From positions 93,062,001 through 93,126,000 of the forward strand of contig OZ360231.1 of assembly GCA_977017645.1 (NCBI GenBank): DNA of 64,000 nt, in the 5' to 3' direction. A program made the translations under genes and the position numbers. The DNA comes from Torpedo marmorata. Its lineage: Eukaryota. This document shows, piece after piece, positions 61,130-64,000 of this stretch; position 1 is the first letter of the stretch; the number at the start of each line of letters is the position of its first letter. The notes under the pieces are model-generated. The model was not told the DNA's origin. It was given only the letters and a program-made list of their open reading frames with translations, and searched no databases.

Positions 61130-63620
61130 AGCACCTAAGAAGCAAGTCTGCACCACAAAGCCTTGTAAAGAAATTAATTGGTATGGAAGGAATTCAGGAA
61201 CAGACAGAACCAGGAACCCCTGCCGAGCACATGAAGAATTTGTTCCACACAGACTATGGTCAGACAATAAATAAGTGGAGGCTCTGGACAAAGTAAGGTC
61301 CAAATTCTTGGCCAGAGAATTGGAAATTCAGCCCAATACATATTTAGTGTGTCGAAACCATCCTCTGCAAATGGACGCTAATGCCAGAATAGTACAGAAA
61401 GACAAAGATGCACAGAACACACTTATCCAGTATGTAGATGATCTACTGCTGTGTAGCCCATCTCTTACTATGTGCAGGGAAGGTACAAGGCTCTTTTTAA
61501 ACGGCTGGTTGAGAAAGGACATAAAGTGTCCAAGCAAAGCTCCAGTTCTGCTGAGAACAAGTTAAGTACCTTGGTCACGCATCTCTCCCAAGACCGAATT
61601 GAGGACATCGTGACGCTGCCAAAACCAAGGACGGTGAAGGAAATGCAAATTTTATGGGAATGACTAGTTATTGTAGGCAGTGGATTTGTGACTATGCAGA
61701 AATAGCAAGACCATTCAGAGACTTGTGCCTTGGCAAGACCAACTCCCAAGAGGCTAAATTGGTCACATGCAAAACAGAGCATTTGAAAACCTCAAGAAAG
61801 CTCTTCAAAAGGCATCCATACTGAAACTCCCAGACTATGGGAAACCTTTCTTTCTGTTCAGCAGAGAAGGAGGGATTTGCAACCTGTTCTTACCCAGAAG
61901 GAAGGTGGAGGATACAAACCTGTGGCGTATTATAACACACGCAGAGACTCAGCTGAGAGAGAACTACATCTATGTGAGAGAGAACTAGCAGCAGCCGCAT
62001 TTGGTGTGGATAAGGCCACTCCAATAACAGCCAGACATGAAGTGACTCCATATGTATCACACGCAGTAGAAGCATTATTGAGCAGAGGAAAATTATCTCT
62101 CATGCACAGGAGAGTAACGGACTACAAGGTACTGTTGACACAACTGGAACTGACAATTGTTAGGTGTAAGACTGTCAACCCAGCAGAACTGATGATGACA
62201 CTAGACAATGGAGAAGAGCATGAGTGCCAGGCCATTATAGAACAAGACTCCCAAGCCAGAGATGACCTGTCGGCACGGTTGGTGTAGCAGTTAGCGCAAC
62301 GCCTTTACAGTGCCAGCAATTGGGACCGGACCTGGGTTCGAATCCCACGCTGTCTGTAAGGAGTTTGTACATTCTCCCCGTGTCTTCGTGGGTTTTCTCC
62401 GGGGGCTACGGTTTCCTCCCACCCTTCAAAAAAAAAACTTACCTGGGTGTAGGTTAATGGGGTGTAAATTGGGCGGCATGGACTCGTAGGGCCGAATTGG
62501 CCTGTTACAGTGCTGTATGTCTAAATTTAAAAAAATCTAGATTTAATTTAAAACCGCTGCAAGATCCAGATAAGATGCTGTTCATGGATGGATTATCTTT
62601 TATTGACCAAGGGACAGGGGTAAGAAAGGTTTAATATGCGATTGTTGAACATACAGGCACCTGGGATTACCGGATTATTGAAGAAAAATCACTGAATTCA
62701 GGAAATAGCTCACAACAAGCTGAACTCCTAGGATTGGCTGAGGCATTCAGACTGCGAAGGGCAAACAGCCAGCATCTACACCGATTCCACGTTCATAACT
62801 AGGGTAAGGTTTGGGGTAGGAGAGGATTTATCACTACAGGAAGAAACCCTGTTAGAAACATGCATGAAATTAGAGAATTGCTTGAGGCCATGAAACTACT
62901 ATCCAGATTGGCAGTGATAAAATGTGCATCACACGCAGGAGGCACTAATCCAGTGTCCAATGGTAACGATTATGCTGATAAGGCCACGAAAACCGCAGCG
63001 GAGAGTTTTGAACACTGGCAGGAGTACTGGCCTCAGGCAAATCAAGCAGCATTGGTAGAAGTAAAAGAGGTAACTCTGCAGGATTTGATTGAAGCACAAC
63101 AGGCCACAACAACTGGTGAGAAACAAGAGTGGGAAAGCAAAGGGTGCACCCTGGACAAATCAGTAGGCCTGTGGAGACAAATTATGACAGGGAAAATTGT
63201 GGCGCTGAGCTCATTAATATAGGAAATTTGCAGAGCGGCTATGGAGTGAGCCACTCTGTAAGGGGGGAGATGATGAATAAAATTCAGAACCATTGGTTTA
63301 TACCGAAATTGACTGAACACGTGGACAATACAAGGAAACAAAAATAAAGAAAGGAACTCCTTCCACACCAGGCTCTATGCCACCAACAGTGACTCCATTT
63401 ACTTACCTGGTAATGGACTACATTGACATGGTCGACTGTGCAGAAGGAAAGCCTTGTAATAATTGATAAGTTCTCGAGGTGGGTTGAAGCATTTCCTAAC
63501 GTGCATGCAGACGCCAAAACAGTGGCAAAAGCATTTGCAAAATAAACCTTCCCAAGGTTTAGAGTGTGTCAAATGTTGAGCAGTGATAATGGACCTCATT
63601 TTGCAAATGTACTTACAGAC
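61130..63620 (+). mobile_element. Class I (epsilon/gamma-like) ERV gag-pol remnant, internally deleted
   Basis: TLIQYVDDLLL (RT), LKLPDYGKPFFLF and PVAYY (connection), LFMDG...SSQQAEL...IYTDS...VIKCASH (RNase H), MDYIDM...IDKFSRWVEAFP...SSDNGPHFAN (integrase core); many frameshifts. Confidence 0.9.
62271..62553 (+). mobile_element. tRNA-derived SINE inserted into ERV pol
   Basis: Same family as 38901-39170; pol resumes on the far side (ARDDL...KPLQDPDKMLFMDG). Confidence 0.85.
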
Positions 63621-64000
63621 ACACTGTGTAAAGTGTGCTGACCGGCTGCATCACGGTCTGGTATGGGGACACCAATACCCCTGAGCGTAAAGTCCTCCAA
63701 AAGGTAGTGGACACAGCCCAGGACATCACAGGTAAAACCCTCCCCACTATTGAGAACATCTACAGGGAACGCTGCTGTCAGAGAGCAGCAGCAATCATCA
63801 AGGATCCACACCACCCAGCACACGCTCTGTTCTTGCTGTTGCCATCAGGAAAGAGGTATAGGTGCCACAAGACTCGCACCACCAGGTTCAGGAACAGCTG
63901 CTACCCCTCCACCATCAGACTCCTTAACAACAAACTCAATCAGGACTCATTTAAGGACTCTTACTTGTGCACTTTATTGATTTTTTTTATTCTCTCTGAA
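63620..64000 (+). mobile_element. Rex1-like LINE 3' fragment interrupting the ERV integrase
   Basis: Near-identical to 58150-58520; runs off the end of the window. Confidence 0.85.

Overview
This is eukaryotic, repeat-rich vertebrate genomic DNA; the SINE, Penelope and Rex1-type LINE repertoire suggests a cartilaginous fish (inference). Two host genes lie tail-to-tail, as in human Xp22. KLHL15 is on + (CpG promoter ~10.0 kb, two putative non-coding exons, coding exons 21938-22642 and 29725-30834, 604 aa). A CXorf58 orthologue is on - (seven in-phase coding exons from 55452 down to 35803; first exon not found). The rest is transposable elements: Penelope, Tx1, L1, CR1 and Rex1-like LINEs, tRNA- and 5S-derived SINEs, pogo and hAT DNA elements, and two class I ERV remnants. 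Highlights: (1) an orphan melatonin-receptor exon 1 with its phase-1 splice donor, antisense inside a KLHL15 intron, abutting a LINE that is itself split by a full-length pogo element; (2) a 2.1-kb cargo-carrying non-autonomous hAT element (perfect 14-bp TIRs, 8-bp TSD) containing a CpG-rich first-exon-like segment; (3) a composite hAT MITE in the probable KLHL15 3'UTR; (4) an ERV with a ~17-unit AP-1-rich tandem array in its leader; (5) a 5S-derived SINE3. No prokaryotic features or CRISPR arrays are supported. All homology calls are from memory of the families, not from database searches.
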